Source: an uncultured Collinsella sp. (GTDB lineage: Bacteria > Actinomycetota > Coriobacteriia > Coriobacteriales > Coriobacteriaceae). From it: a stretch of DNA of 64,000 nucleotides. The translations under genes were made by a program, and so were the position numbers. Location of the stretch: the NCBI GenBank assembly GCA_900542165.1, contig UQMM01000002.1, positions 8,012 to 72,011 of the forward strand. The letters are read 5' to 3'. The notes under the pieces were generated by a model. The model saw nothing but the letters and a program-made list of their open reading frames with translations. It did no database searches and was not told the origin of the DNA. Below, piece after piece: positions 20,101 through 30,233 of this stretch (position 1 is its first letter; the number at the start of each line of letters is the position of its first letter).

Positions 20101-21488
20101 CAATTGAGGTCGGTTCTTACCTGGAAGAGTGCCTTAATATTGCCGTATGCGGGATCGTTGTTGTTGCCCCAGGTTTTGCCCACCCAATCGTAGGCGAGCG
20201 AGCCATACAGCTGTGTGGCGATATCCATCGTGAACAGCGGCGTGCAATGGTGGCGAAGGAGCTTAGTGTTTCTTGGATCGGTGCCCGAACCGGCACTCAT
20301 ACTCTTGTACTGATTCCACTTCCCCTCCATCTCGTCGAGGTAGCGGTTTGCCTGCTTGGCGCCCGATTCGCGCGGCGATTTCTTCCAGTATTCCGGATCA
20401 GGGTTGCCCGAATCGTTCATATAGCTGGCTGGTTTGTATCCTCCGCCAAACAGCACGTATCCGGCAAACGAGAAATCGAACAGAATGGGGAACGAGGGCA
20501 TCCAGCAGGTGAACTTGTTGCCGCCGATGCCGGGAAACGCCGCCGGAAAATCAAACGGAGTGATCTCTTGGTCCATGGTAGTGGGGACGATAGTGGTCGA
20601 TCCGGATTCCGCCTTTGCGGCCGGTGCGGTGACAACGGCCATGGGGGAGGAGAGCGTGTAGGTTTTGCCCTGATAGTCGAGGACAAAGCGCAGCTTGCAT
20701 CCTTCTTCCAGAAGGACCGATGCCGCGTCGAGAAACTTGTCTTCGAGTGTGAACGTTGCCAGATTGTCCGAACCCGATGCACTGGCCTTGACTTGGCCAA
20801 TCTGCGTGACGGTTTCGGGCGAGCTACCCGCAGCGGGCATTACCTTGTTGATGTGCAGCGTTGCCTGTCCACCCTGTGGCAGATGCGCCTGCACGGTAAA
20901 GGCGTGCGTGTCGGGTTGGTCGTTTCCGGCGTCGTCCTTCGGCAGTGCCATAAACGTGGCGTCGGCGTACTGGATGTCCCATTCGTCGAATGTGAGCTGG
21001 CGAAAGTACGGCTCGCCGTCGGAAAGCGGACGCGTGGGTGCGGTAATAGCGGTGCCGCCCTGGATACGCGCAAGGGGAATCTCGACATCACGGTAGCCCG
21101 CCACGCTAATGGAGATGCCGCCGTTAAAGTCGTACGCGTCGAGAAGCGTTGCCTCGTCCACGTAGCCTTCCGAAAGCGGTGCGACCTCAAAGATGGCCGT
21201 GCCTTCGTCATCGGTCGTGGCGGTGAGCTGCCTGCCTGCGGCATAGCGCGATGTGAGCGTGACCTGGGCACCCGTGATGGGCGTATTCTTGTTGGCGACG
21301 TCGACCACGACCACACCGAACATGGTGCGCGAGAGAACGAGCACCCTGAAGGGGTCTTTTTCGTCGGCATAGGCTTCGGTGGGCGCGAACGGCAATATGA
21401 AGGCGTTTGCGCTTCCCGGCGCGCGCGGCAACATAATGCTCGCCAGTGAGGACGCTCCGGCAACGAGTAGCGAACGGCGATCAAGCAT
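17121..21488 (-). CDS. About 1455-aa cell-surface protein with twin-arginine signal and sortase-type anchor
   Basis: N-terminal MLDRRSLL...EAYA; C-terminal Gly/Ser linker, LAGTGD, hydrophobic helix and RR tail. Confidence 0.8.
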   Translation of the reverse strand: MLDRRSLLVAGASSLASIMLPRAPGSANAFILPFAPTEAYADEKDPFRVLVLSRTMFGVVVVDVANKNTPITGAQVTLTSRYAAGRQLTATTDDEGTAIFEVAPLSEGYVDEATLLDAYDFNGGISISVAGYRDVEIPLARIQGGTAITAPTRPLSDGEPYFRQLTFDEWDIQYADATFMALPKDDAGNDQPDTHAFTVQAHLPQGGQATLHINKVMPAAGSSPETVTQIGQVKASASGSDNLATFTLEDKFLDAASVLLEEGCKLRFVLDYQGKTYTLSSPMAVVTAPAAKAESGSTTIVPTTMDQEITPFDFPAAFPGIGGNKFTCWMPSFPILFDFSFAGYVLFGGGYKPASYMNDSGNPDPEYWKKSPRESGAKQANRYLDEMEGKWNQYKSMSAGSGTDPRNTKLLRHHCTPLFTMDIATQLYGSLAYDWVGKTWGNNNDPAYGNIKALFQVRTDLNWTEQFTLGPVPFFLNVNPWVLAKLALAVGAHTHGSGAAFFKNISLDYSNTSGSFTIQIGLAVTFGAGVAGVASSAVRGAASLTLFIGYEKADGHQLPRLRVGADVDVDVILQFVMFKWTTKAWSGSWPTLLDSWNMSVNNGDQYVLQCSELALGGDTPYTLDACFGSAGNAEAGGVPQFIASATIVTNAELLARAEVNATAANVAPVVRDWNQAVTRIELEADAESDDTGQVEHFVHALIENDENAAPMYEYTYIVQATNAVADPNANSAGVSEDERGGIKPSSDNVLFTGVLSEAHMKLAMIAGVECLFRIASVRYGDNGRSRLVVHTKANGTWSAPTPVDFPLGFGEGDVERDGIFDYDFDVVEYTDGRENQDAYVLLVSGERPDGDNTFFDAASTSGILSVVRLRISNSEVRVISHTSWRSISRGRLQEDGYHCLQCPRITAGKTLVDGRLSGAYLHRRGATSEKALGNEAEVALECFTLWSDVSGDSLTFRQVLRFPQAPSSIELGAPENINGKMVVPVAYETADGCGCASYAVIGQSIAGWGVMPPDATVPRAVPWPQHSGFLATVNEQLQHITWTRGASAFATQPVGAAGCGPASFSVSNNGRCVLYVENTDGKVGQTYDEEGNPVAVMGKHFRIFASTLAGDLFTEPFVMCELDHPVDQITTFLTSGGMLSALATHIVSAEKSEAELHGIEVPLVACATPTGAVATSGAVVPGAAGESFMVTVRNDGNTLLTAGTIDLYREGSSQPFSSASIGFGANARMASIYDPELAEDASANDMARVKYALETLGARFATHPLVADNGNAVLAPGCTAQFRMSFAIPESWSDEVGKRVTLYAKARDLVALDPVTLEEIRPGANSALGAVLHELHVPDAACERSEVQVGVCDSADTTGLHDAPMTVDGDGGTSGGGSGGSSSGGGSGSGSGKNHGNKKRSGKAGALAGTGDVNAPLTAAAAALAAAGAGLVAYSARRTALETDTANEANSDEPR

Positions 21489-21643
21489 TTTGGGCTCCCA
21501 TCCCGCAGATATCGGTGGAAATAATCCAATTTTGCGAGAAGGTGCCCCGTGGTGGTAGTGCCGTTCAAGGGTCAAAATGTCCAAATTGATCGAGCGAAGC
21601 GCCGGGTTCCGGAACGCGTTCGATGCGCTTGGCAGCCCGGTTG

Positions 21644-22648
21644 TTAACGCAACATATGCGCGACCAGCTCGGCGCGTGTGCCGATACCAAGCTTTGCGTA
21701 TACGCCGGATAGGCGGTTTTTGACGGTGCCCGGCGATACTCCCATATGGCGTGCGATTTCGGCGTTGGTCCACCCACGACAGGCGAGCATGGCCATGGTG
21801 AATTCCGTGGTCGTTAGATCGTCGGCCACGTCCTCGCCCGAATCAGGGTTGTGGATGCGCCGCCAGCCGTAGCTGAAGCGGTACGTGATCTCGATGATGC
21901 GCGCGAAGTCGTCGGGGTATTGCGTTTTTAGGCACGCCTCGATGAGCCCCTGTAAAAGGCCGTGGTGCTCGCCAATGAGCTCGATAAGGCCGTCGGGGCG
22001 CGCAATGCCCCAAGCGGCTCCGAAGTGTGCCTTTGCGGCGTCGATGTCCTTGAGGCTCATGCATGCCATGGAGGCTGCCAGGTGCAGGAACAGTTCCGAG
22101 ATCGGATAGCTTCCCTGTTTCATGATCAGGGCGTTTTCCGCCATGCCCAGGCTGCGGCCGTATTCGCCGCGCAGATACAAGGCGTGCGCCATCACGTAGC
22201 TGGCGAACAGGCGCAGGCCTTCGGGCAGATGCGCCGCAAGTGGATAAAACTCTTCGGCAGAATACGGGGAAGGCAAGTGCAGCAGGACGCTTGCGGCCGA
22301 GGCGAACAGGATATGCGTGGCGTGGATGGTGGGCGATTCCTCGTCGGCCGGCGTATCGAGGATGCCAGCAAGGCACCGGCGGGCGTCGGCGATACGGTTG
22401 AGCGACAGACTGGCGTATCCGCAGATAAAGCATGCGGAATAGCGCAGTGCGGGATCGGTGGCGTCAAGATGGGGGCGCGCCGTCTTGGCAGCGAGGGCGG
22501 CCTGTCCGCGAAAGTACAGCGCTTCTGCCGTGGCAATGGCGCGCGAATTGGGGTCGGAAATGCCTGCAACCGCAGCGTCAATCTGCCCCGGCACAAAGGC
22601 GGTGCACATCAACGGCATGGGAACGCATGGGTAGCCATCGCAGTCCAT
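21644..22648 (-). CDS. LuxR-family HTH regulator with helical N-terminal region
   Basis: LTTTEFTMAMLACRGWTNAEIARHMGVSPGTVKNRLSGVYAKLGI; start codon uncertain. Confidence 0.85.
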   Translation of the reverse strand: MDCDGYPCVPMPLMCTAFVPGQIDAAVAGISDPNSRAIATAEALYFRGQAALAAKTARPHLDATDPALRYSACFICGYASLSLNRIADARRCLAGILDTPADEESPTIHATHILFASAASVLLHLPSPYSAEEFYPLAAHLPEGLRLFASYVMAHALYLRGEYGRSLGMAENALIMKQGSYPISELFLHLAASMACMSLKDIDAAKAHFGAAWGIARPDGLIELIGEHHGLLQGLIEACLKTQYPDDFARIIEITYRFSYGWRRIHNPDSGEDVADDLTTTEFTMAMLACRGWTNAEIARHMGVSPGTVKNRLSGVYAKLGIGTRAELVAHMLR

Positions 22649-22716
22649 CTTCCATCTCCCAACAGCTGGCAACAATAGCAGCAATTGTACTCCTGTTGCT
22701 CGGGACCCCTTTCGTT

Positions 22717-23868
22717 TTACTGTTCGGTTAACGCTTCGGATCGTTTTGGAAGGCTTACAAGCATGGTGGTCCCGTTCTCGGAACTTGCTTCGACCTCTAC
22801 CGTGCCACCGTGAAGTGCTGCAATCTCCCAAACAAGCGCTAGCCCGAGTCCTGCGCCGCCGTATGCCCTGCTGCGGGATTTGTCTAGACGAAAGAACGGC
22901 TGGAAGATGCTCTCTCGGTACTGCTTGGGTATTCCCGGGCCCTCATCTTTGACTCGCAGGAGCACGTGGTTGTCGCTGTCGCTGATGGAGACGTTGACAG
23001 TCGAGCCGGGGCGGCTGTAATGGATGGCATTTTCGACCAGGTTAAACACCAGCCGATAGAGGAGCGTGTCGCTCCCGATTACTAAAGCGTCTCCAGCACA
23101 ATTGAGGGCTATGCCCTTATTTTCGGCAAGTGGCGCAAGGTCGGTGAGGACCTCTTCGGACAAGGGACCAAGTTCCACATCGTCCTCGCAAGGAACGCTG
23201 CGGAGCTCACTCATCTCGAGCAATACCTTGGCCATTCGAGACATGCGCTCGGTTTGTTCTTGTAGCAGGCTAAGCAACTCGGCTGTTTCGGGTTGCAAAC
23301 CGGAGTGCTCGGAGATGAATAGTTCAATCTGTGCTTGCATAAGGGCAAGTGGGGTGCGCAGCTCGTGTGCAGCGTTGCCGGTAAACTGACGCTGTGCAGA
23401 GAACCCTTCACCAAGCCGGGCGATCATGTCGTTGAATGAGACGCTGCATCGCTGTAGCTCGGTGGGTACATCTTCACTGAGTCGGATTTCGCTTAGGTTG
23501 TCAGGCTGCACACGCTCAACCTGGGCTGCAAAAGCCCGTAGCGGTTTGAGTGCACGGCCGCTCACAAAGTATGCCAGCACGCCGCCAAGGAGTGTGACTC
23601 CAGCCGTGATGTACCAGGTTGTCGTGCCAAAAGACTCTTGTGCGTCGTTTACGACGATCGTGACCTTGTCATCGAGGGCCGCTTTCGTTGGGTCGAACGC
23701 CTGGAGCGAATCTTCGCCGGTTGCGTTAAATGCCGAGATGTCGCTGCCGATGGCATCCATGTAGCGCATGCCCGTATAGCCGACCAGGCAGTTCGTCAGC
23801 ATGCACGCCGCACACGTCAGCAGTGCCGTCATGATCGTTATGCGCCATTGCAGCGAAAGCCTTTTCAT
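22717..23868 (-). CDS. Sensor histidine kinase (HAMP-HisKA-HATPase)
   Basis: Two TM segments; AHELRTPL, NLVENA, DEGPGI, GAGLGL. Confidence 0.95.
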   Translation of the reverse strand: MKRLSLQWRITIMTALLTCAACMLTNCLVGYTGMRYMDAIGSDISAFNATGEDSLQAFDPTKAALDDKVTIVVNDAQESFGTTTWYITAGVTLLGGVLAYFVSGRALKPLRAFAAQVERVQPDNLSEIRLSEDVPTELQRCSVSFNDMIARLGEGFSAQRQFTGNAAHELRTPLALMQAQIELFISEHSGLQPETAELLSLLQEQTERMSRMAKVLLEMSELRSVPCEDDVELGPLSEEVLTDLAPLAENKGIALNCAGDALVIGSDTLLYRLVFNLVENAIHYSRPGSTVNVSISDSDNHVLLRVKDEGPGIPKQYRESIFQPFFRLDKSRSRAYGGAGLGLALVWEIAALHGGTVEVEASSENGTTMLVSLPKRSEALTEQ

Positions 23869-24539
23869 TCGCCATCCTCCATAACGTAGCCCTCTCCAAT
23901 CCGATTGCGAATCGGGTCGTATCCCAAAGCGCTGCGTAGCTTTTTGCGGAGTGACGAGATATGAACGCGGGTTGCGTTGCTAAAGCTGTTCACGGTGCTG
24001 TCCCAAACGTGCTCTATAAGCTCCTCTTGACTTACCGGACGCCCCTGATTGAGCATCAGGTATTCCAAGATTCCCGTTTCCTTGCGCGTAAGAGATAAAG
24101 CCTCGCTGTCCACGGAAGCGATGCGCGCCTTGGTGTCAAAGCGGAGCTTTCCGCAGGTTAAAACTATGTCGCTTTGTGTAAAGCGTCTGAGGGTAAGGCT
24201 GCGAATCCTTGCCGCAAGCTCGTCCAGATGAAACGGCTTGGTGAGGTAATCGTTGGCGCCGGCATCGAGTCCGGCGACTTTATCGGATACTTCGCCGCGT
24301 GCGGACAGAATCAGTACCTTAGTCTCGCAGTCAGTTTTCCTAAGTTCCCTGAGTACGGTCATGCCGTCGATACGGGGAAGGTTGAGGTCGAGTACCACGA
24401 GGTCGAAGGCCTCAACGTCCAGTAGGTCGAGCGCCTCCTGTCCGTCGTGACAGCAGTCGACGCTGTACGCCAAGTTTCGCAAGCTGCGCGCGATTGCATC
24501 GCACAGTGCTCGCTCGTCTTCGACGATCAAAATACGCAT
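23865..24539 (-). CDS. OmpR-family response regulator
   Basis: MRILIVEDE, LDLNLP, DYLTKPF, C-terminal wHTH; overlaps kinase start. Confidence 0.95.
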   Translation of the reverse strand: MRILIVEDERALCDAIARSLRNLAYSVDCCHDGQEALDLLDVEAFDLVVLDLNLPRIDGMTVLRELRKTDCETKVLILSARGEVSDKVAGLDAGANDYLTKPFHLDELAARIRSLTLRRFTQSDIVLTCGKLRFDTKARIASVDSEALSLTRKETGILEYLMLNQGRPVSQEELIEHVWDSTVNSFSNATRVHISSLRKKLRSALGYDPIRNRIGEGYVMEDGE

Positions 24540-24620
24540 AACAGTCTCCTTGCACATTTCAAATCACGCTTAACACGGATTTTATGGTCGATATGGTCCA
24601 ATGGTCGCGTAACGAAAGGA

Positions 24621-24776
24621 GTGATCAGGTTGTTCAAAGCGGTAAAACCCGTGGTACAGGTCGCTTTGTTGATCGTCGGAATTGCCATGGTGTGCTTTGG
24701 CGTTATGCGTGGCGAGGCGGATGCCGTGCTGGCCAAAGCGATTAGGCTGTGCTTGGAGTGTATCGGAATTGGATAA
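24621..24776 (+). CDS. Small CXXC membrane peptide (CD1871A-family-like)
   Basis: GTG start after AAAGGA; single TM helix then RGEADAVLAKAIRLCLECIGIG. Confidence 0.75.
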   Translation: MIRLFKAVKPVVQVALLIVGIAMVCFGVMRGEADAVLAKAIRLCLECIGIG

Positions 24777-25671
24777 AAGAGAAAACACTGCGTCGCATGT
24801 TTTGGCCCGATTTCGCGGATTCATTCAGGCGGCGGCGACGCTCGTCACCAACATTCACCTGCCAAACTTTGCCAAAGGCGGCATCTATCAGGGCGCGGGA
24901 AAAACAGTCTGCGTACCTGGACTTAATTGCTATTCGTGCCCCGCGGCATCGGGTGCGTGCCCCATCGGGTCGTTCCAGTCGGTGATAGGTTCATCCAAGT
25001 TCAACTTTTCTTACTACGTCACCGGTACGCTCATTTTGCTCGGCGTGCTGCTGGGACGCTTTGTATGCGGCTTTCTGTGTCCGTTTGGCTGGCTGCAGGA
25101 GCTGCTTCATAAGATTCCCAGCAAAAGGTTTTCGACGAAAAGGCTCAAGGCGCTTACGTATATCAAATACGTTGTACTGCTATTTGCCGTGGTATTGCTG
25201 CCTGTGCTGGTGGTCAACGATCTGGGGATGGGAGATCCGTTCTTTTGCAAGTACATCTGTCCCCAGGGTGTGCTCGAGGGTGCCATTCCGCTGGCGGCTG
25301 CCAATGCCGGAATTCGATCTGCGCTGGGACATCTCTTTACTTGGAAACTTGCCGTTCTCATTGCCGTGGTAGTGCTGAGCGTTTTGTTCTACCGCCCCTT
25401 CTGCAAATGGATTTGTCCACTCGGCGCATTCTATGCGCTCATGAATAGGGTGTCCCTACTGGGGATTCGGGTTGACGCATGCAAATGTGTCTCGTGCGGC
25501 AAGTGCTCAAAGGTTTGTCAGATGGACGTTGATGTGGTCCGCGCGCCCAATCATGCCGAATGTATCCGGTGCGGAAAGTGCATCGGGGTCTGTCCCGTCG
25601 ACGCCATCAGCTATCGCTATGGCCTGGATGTGTCGGCGGAAAAGCTCCCCTTGACCGCCGATAAAAAGTAA
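24769..25671 (+). CDS. Membrane 4Fe-4S binding protein (NapH/MauN-like)
   Basis: CYSCP, CGFLCPFG, CKYICP and two CxxCxxCxxxC motifs; TTG start overlapping the upstream peptide. Confidence 0.85.
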   Translation: MDKRENTASHVLARFRGFIQAAATLVTNIHLPNFAKGGIYQGAGKTVCVPGLNCYSCPAASGACPIGSFQSVIGSSKFNFSYYVTGTLILLGVLLGRFVCGFLCPFGWLQELLHKIPSKRFSTKRLKALTYIKYVVLLFAVVLLPVLVVNDLGMGDPFFCKYICPQGVLEGAIPLAAANAGIRSALGHLFTWKLAVLIAVVVLSVLFYRPFCKWICPLGAFYALMNRVSLLGIRVDACKCVSCGKCSKVCQMDVDVVRAPNHAECIRCGKCIGVCPVDAISYRYGLDVSAEKLPLTADKK

Positions 25672-25694
25672 ACAAGCTTCGACAAAACGGAGGA

Positions 25695-26672
25695 ATGACC
25701 ATGAAGCTTTCTAAGATTGCGGCCCTGTTTATGGTGCCAGTATTGGCCTTGTGCCTTGTGGCGTGTTCGGCGCCCAGTGGCAATGCGAGCGAATCTGCGA
25801 GCTCCGATCCTAAGATCGCAGAACTCACTGCGCAGAAGCCGACCAATGCCGATGAGGCCGCCGAGCTGTATACAAAACTCATGCAGAAGGAGAACGATAT
25901 CTTTTCGAGTGATAACGCGCTGTGGGAAAAGGTATTCAATGCGGCAAATAAAGACTCGGCAATGATTGAGGACGGCAGCAATTACGGCGATTTCCTGCTC
26001 AAGACCATCGACGGCGCCAAGGATGAGTTCACGGCGGATGAGCTTAAGACGCTCAAGGCCGGTGCACAGCAGATCAAGGAGATCGAGGACAAGCTCGAGA
26101 GCCTGGAGAAGGAGTTCCCCGGCTGTGGAAGCACGCCGAGCGCAGGCGAGAGCGTCGACGCTTCGGCCGCTGGCATGACGGCTGGTGCCAATGCTTCGAG
26201 CGAGGCGACGAAGTTCCCCAGCTTTACGGGCAAGGACCTGGATGGCAACGACGTGAACAGCGACGAGCTGTTCTCTAAGAACAAGGTCACCGTCATGAAC
26301 TTCTGGTTCACCACTTGCAAGCCGTGCGTGGGTGAGTTGGGCGACCTTGAGGACCTGAATAAGGAGCTTGCCAAGAAGGGCGGCCAGGTCGTGGGCGTCA
26401 ATTCCTTTACGCTCGATGGCAACAAGGGCGAGATTGCAGATGCCAAGGACGTACTGAGCAAGAAGGGCGTGACATATAAGAACATCTGGTTCAAGTCGGA
26501 TAGCGAGGCCGGTAAGTTTACGTCAAATTTGTTCTCGTTCCCGACAACGTATGTCATCGATCAGAATGGCAACATCGTAGGGGAGCCCATCGTGGGCGCC
26601 ATCAGCTCCGCTGAGCAGCGCGCAGCGCTCGACAAGCTTATCGACCAGGCGATTGCGAATAGCGAGCAGTAG
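25695..26672 (+). CDS. TlpA-family thiol-disulfide oxidoreductase lipoprotein
   Basis: Lipobox LVAC; NFWFTTCKPC; FPTTYVID. Confidence 0.9.
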   Translation: MTMKLSKIAALFMVPVLALCLVACSAPSGNASESASSDPKIAELTAQKPTNADEAAELYTKLMQKENDIFSSDNALWEKVFNAANKDSAMIEDGSNYGDFLLKTIDGAKDEFTADELKTLKAGAQQIKEIEDKLESLEKEFPGCGSTPSAGESVDASAAGMTAGANASSEATKFPSFTGKDLDGNDVNSDELFSKNKVTVMNFWFTTCKPCVGELGDLEDLNKELAKKGGQVVGVNSFTLDGNKGEIADAKDVLSKKGVTYKNIWFKSDSEAGKFTSNLFSFPTTYVIDQNGNIVGEPIVGAISSAEQRAALDKLIDQAIANSEQ

Positions 26673-26751
26673 AAAACGCGCAAAGCATGGCGATGATCGT
26701 GCGCCGCTGTACGAAGTAGTCCGCTACCTTTCAAGATAAGCTCCACCATAT

Positions 26752-26779
26752 AGAGGTCCCGCTCGGGACCTCTTCTTTT
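26752..26779 (+). terminator. Terminator-like hairpin
   Basis: AGAGGTCCCG-CT-CGGGACCTCT followed by TCTTTT. Confidence 0.6.
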
Positions 26780-26925
26780 GGGCGCCGTCCCGTTCGTTTT
26801 TTGGCGCGGTTTGTTACATTCCTCACTGGCGTCGGCAAAAAATGGGGATAGAGTAGGACAAACGCGTCGAATACGAACGGCGGAGGAGAGCGGGCAGGGT
26901 GCCTGCGCAGGAGAGGTTGCCGTCC

Positions 26926-29900
26926 ATGCTGGAGCTCAAAGGTATTTGCAAAAGGTACGTTACGCAGTCGTTTACGCAGGTGGCGCTCGACAGCGTGAGC
27001 CTGTCTTTTCGCGATAACGAGTTCGTGGCCATTCTGGGTCCCTCGGGTTCGGGCAAAACCACGATGCTCAACGTTATCGGCGGACTCGACCACTTTGATT
27101 CTGGCGACCTGCTGATTGACGGCATCTCGACCAAGGACTTCCGCGACCGCGATTGGGATGCCTACCGCAACAACCGCATCGGCTTTGTGTTCCAAAGCTA
27201 TAACCTCATTCCGCATCAGACCATTTTGGAAAACGTGGAGCTGGCGCTCACGCTCACGGGCGTGGGGCATGCCGAGCGCCGCCAGCGTGCGCGCGAGGCG
27301 TTGGAGAAAGTCGGCTTGGGCGAGCACGTTAACAAGCGCCCGAGCCAGCTTTCGGGCGGGCAGATGCAGCGCGTGGCCATCGCCCGCGCCCTGATAAATG
27401 ATCCTGAGATCGTTCTTGCCGACGAGCCGACCGGCGCTTTGGATTCAACGACATCCGTACAGGTCATGGACCTGCTCAAGGACGTGGCGCGCGACCGCCT
27501 GGTCATCATGGTCACGCACAATCCCGAGCTGGCGTACCAATATGCCACGCGCATCGTCAATCTGGCGGACGGCAAGATCACCGACGATTCCGATCCCTTC
27601 GATGTTGCCAAGGCCGCGCGCCGCGAGGCCAAGCCTACGCGCAAAACCTCGATGAGCTTTGTGACGGCGCTGGGGCTTTCTGCCCGAAACCTCATGACCA
27701 AGAAGGGCCGCACGGCCATGACTGCCTTTGCGGGCTCGATTGGCATTATCGGTATCGCGGCGATCCTGGCGCTCTCCAATGGCGTAAACGGCTACATCAA
27801 AAAGGTCGAGGAGGATACGCTCTCGAGCTACCCGCTCACCATTTCCAAGCAGGACTACGACCTGTCGTCCATGATGGGCGGACAGGGGGCTGCGGATGAT
27901 GGCTCGTCTGAAAGCGTGGATTCGTCTGACGACAGTGTCGGCGGCAAGGCTCAGGGAACCGATAAGATTCCCGTGGTCACGGCCGTAAAGGATATGTTTG
28001 CGAGCGTTAAGTCCAACGACATGACGAGCTTTAAGGCATGGCTCGATGCCGGTGGCGACGGCATCGATAAAGAGGTCAACGCCATTCAGTACGGCTACGG
28101 TGTATCGCCGGTTGTCTATCGTGCGGGTAAGGGCGACAAGAAGCCCGTTCGGCTTGTTCCCAACGCCATGACCGAGGCCATGAGCGGAGGTGCGAGCTCG
28201 GCGGCAACGGTGAGCATGGAATCCATGGGAACCTCGGTCTTTAACGAGATGATTGACGACCAGAGCCTGCTCGACAGCCAGTACGATGTCGTCGCCGGTC
28301 ATTGGCCCACGTCTGCCAACGAAGCCGTGATGGTGCTTTCGAGCCGCGGCACGGTGGGCGACTATACGCTCTATAGCATCGGTGCGCTGGATATCGATGA
28401 GCTCAACGATCTGGTAAACAGCGCTATGACGGCTGACGGTGGGGTCGAAACGCCCGAGACCGGCACCGACTTTACCTACGATGATGCGTTGTCCACGACG
28501 TTTAAGGTGTTGTCGCCGGCCGATGCCTATCGCAAAAACGAAGAGACCGGCATGTGGACTGACATGTCTGGCGACGCCGACTTTATGGCAGCCAAGGTTG
28601 CCGACGGTATCGACGTGCACATTGTGGGCGTGGTGCGACCCAACGAGACGGCCAACGCGAGCGCGTTGTCCCCAGGCATTGCCTATATGCATGCGCTGAC
28701 TCGCCAGCTTATGGAGCGCGCTGCCGATTCGCAGATTGTGAAGGAGCAACTTGCCCATCCCGAGACGGATGTCTTTACGGGCAAGTCTTTCGATGAACTG
28801 CAGGGCGAGGCCAAGCAAGGCGTGGATCTGGGCAGCATGTTCAGCGTGGACGAGGCGGCGCTGAAGAGTGCGTTCTCGTTTGATGCGTCTGCACTCTCGG
28901 GTGCGGCCGGCGGTATGGACCTTTCTGGTATCGACTTGTCCGGGCTGGACATTGACCTTTCGGGCGTTGGGAAGGACATCGACTTCAGCGACATCATGGC
29001 AAAAGCGCCAACCCCAGATTTCTCGGGCATCTTTGACGGTCTGGAACTCACGCCCGAGCAAATGCAGCAGGTGGGAACGCTTGCCAACCAGCTGTTCACG
29101 GGCTTTATGCAGTCGGAACAGTTTAAGGCGCTGACGCCCGAAGATCTTAAGGACGCGTCAAAGCTTGCCGCCGCGTTCTCGACGTATCTTGAGAGTGATA
29201 CCGCGGCCCAGCAATACCTGACACAGCTCAAGGCGCTCGGCGGCGATGCCCTGGCCGAGCGCCTGCAACAGGCGATGACCGACTATGTGCAAAAGCAGCT
29301 GGCTCCGTATCTTCAGCAGGCTATGGATCAGGTGATGAAGGCAATCAGCGAGCAGATAGCGTCGACGGTATCGTCCCAGCTTAAAGCAGGCGCGGCGGGG
29401 CTCATGGGACAGATGGCTACGCAGATGTCGTCGAGTATTGCCAACTTGGCGGGCGCCATGCGTGTCGATGCGAGCGCCTTTGCCAATGCCATTCACTTCA
29501 ACATGGACGCCGAGGACCTGAGTTCGCTCATGATGAGCTATGCCAAGGCGTCGAAGCTCACCTACGACAACAATCTGACCACGTTGGGCTATGCGGACGA
29601 GGCGGACCCCATCTCGGTTAAGATTTTCCCGCGTGACTTTGAGGCCAAGGAGCGCGTACTCGACCATATCGATACGTACAACAAGCAGGTCAAAGCCGCC
29701 GGCCACGACGAGCGGGCAATCTCGTACACCGACTACATGGGCATCATCATGGGCTCGGTGACTGATATCGTGAATACCATCAGCTTGGTGCTCATCGCGT
29801 TCGTGAGCATCAGCCTGGTCGTGAGCTCCATCATGATCGGCATCATCACCTACATCAGCGTACTGGAGCGCAAGAAGGAAATCGGCATCCTACGCGCGAT

Positions 29901-30180
29901 TGGCGCGTCAAAGCGCAACGTGGCCAACGTGTTCAACGCCGAGACCTTTATCGAGGGCCTCATCGCCGGCGTCTTTGCCATTGTCGTCGTGGTGCTCGTG
30001 AGCTTCCCGGTCAATGCTTGGGCGCTTGCGGCCAAACAGGTCCCCAACCTAATGAGTCTGCCCGTGCAGGATGCGCTGGTGCTCATTGCAATTTCGGTGC
30101 TGCTGACGGTCGTTGCCGGCCTGCTGCCGGCCCGCAGTGCATCCAAAAAGGACCCCGTGGAAGCCCTGCGCTCTGAATAA
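26926..30180 (+). CDS. MacB/FtsX-type fused ABC transporter (ATPase + permease)
   Basis: [23 protein letters not shown]-terminal [14 protein letters not shown]...DPVEALRSE. Confidence 0.93.
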   Translation: MLELKGICKRYVTQSFTQVALDSVSLSFRDNEFVAILGPSGSGKTTMLNVIGGLDHFDSGDLLIDGISTKDFRDRDWDAYRNNRIGFVFQSYNLIPHQTILENVELALTLTGVGHAERRQRAREALEKVGLGEHVNKRPSQLSGGQMQRVAIARALINDPEIVLADEPTGALDSTTSVQVMDLLKDVARDRLVIMVTHNPELAYQYATRIVNLADGKITDDSDPFDVAKAARREAKPTRKTSMSFVTALGLSARNLMTKKGRTAMTAFAGSIGIIGIAAILALSNGVNGYIKKVEEDTLSSYPLTISKQDYDLSSMMGGQGAADDGSSESVDSSDDSVGGKAQGTDKIPVVTAVKDMFASVKSNDMTSFKAWLDAGGDGIDKEVNAIQYGYGVSPVVYRAGKGDKKPVRLVPNAMTEAMSGGASSAATVSMESMGTSVFNEMIDDQSLLDSQYDVVAGHWPTSANEAVMVLSSRGTVGDYTLYSIGALDIDELNDLVNSAMTADGGVETPETGTDFTYDDALSTTFKVLSPADAYRKNEETGMWTDMSGDADFMAAKVADGIDVHIVGVVRPNETANASALSPGIAYMHALTRQLMERAADSQIVKEQLAHPETDVFTGKSFDELQGEAKQGVDLGSMFSVDEAALKSAFSFDASALSGAAGGMDLSGIDLSGLDIDLSGVGKDIDFSDIMAKAPTPDFSGIFDGLELTPEQMQQVGTLANQLFTGFMQSEQFKALTPEDLKDASKLAAAFSTYLESDTAAQQYLTQLKALGGDALAERLQQAMTDYVQKQLAPYLQQAMDQVMKAISEQIASTVSSQLKAGAAGLMGQMATQMSSSIANLAGAMRVDASAFANAIHFNMDAEDLSSLMMSYAKASKLTYDNNLTTLGYADEADPISVKIFPRDFEAKERVLDHIDTYNKQVKAAGHDERAISYTDYMGIIMGSVTDIVNTISLVLIAFVSISLVVSSIMIGIITYISVLERKKEIGILRAIGASKRNVANVFNAETFIEGLIAGVFAIVVVVLVSFPVNAWALAAKQVPNLMSLPVQDALVLIAISVLLTVVAGLLPARSASKKDPVEALRSE

Positions 30181-30183
30181 TGC

Positions 30184-30206
30184 GACAAAGGGACAGTCCC
30201 TTTGTC
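30184..30206. repeat. REP-like palindrome, family 2
   Basis: GACAAAGGGAC-A-GTCCCTTTGTC; near-identical copy at 61129-61151. Confidence 0.85.
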
Positions 30207-30233
30207 ACGTCCGTTGATATGAGAGAAGAGTAG

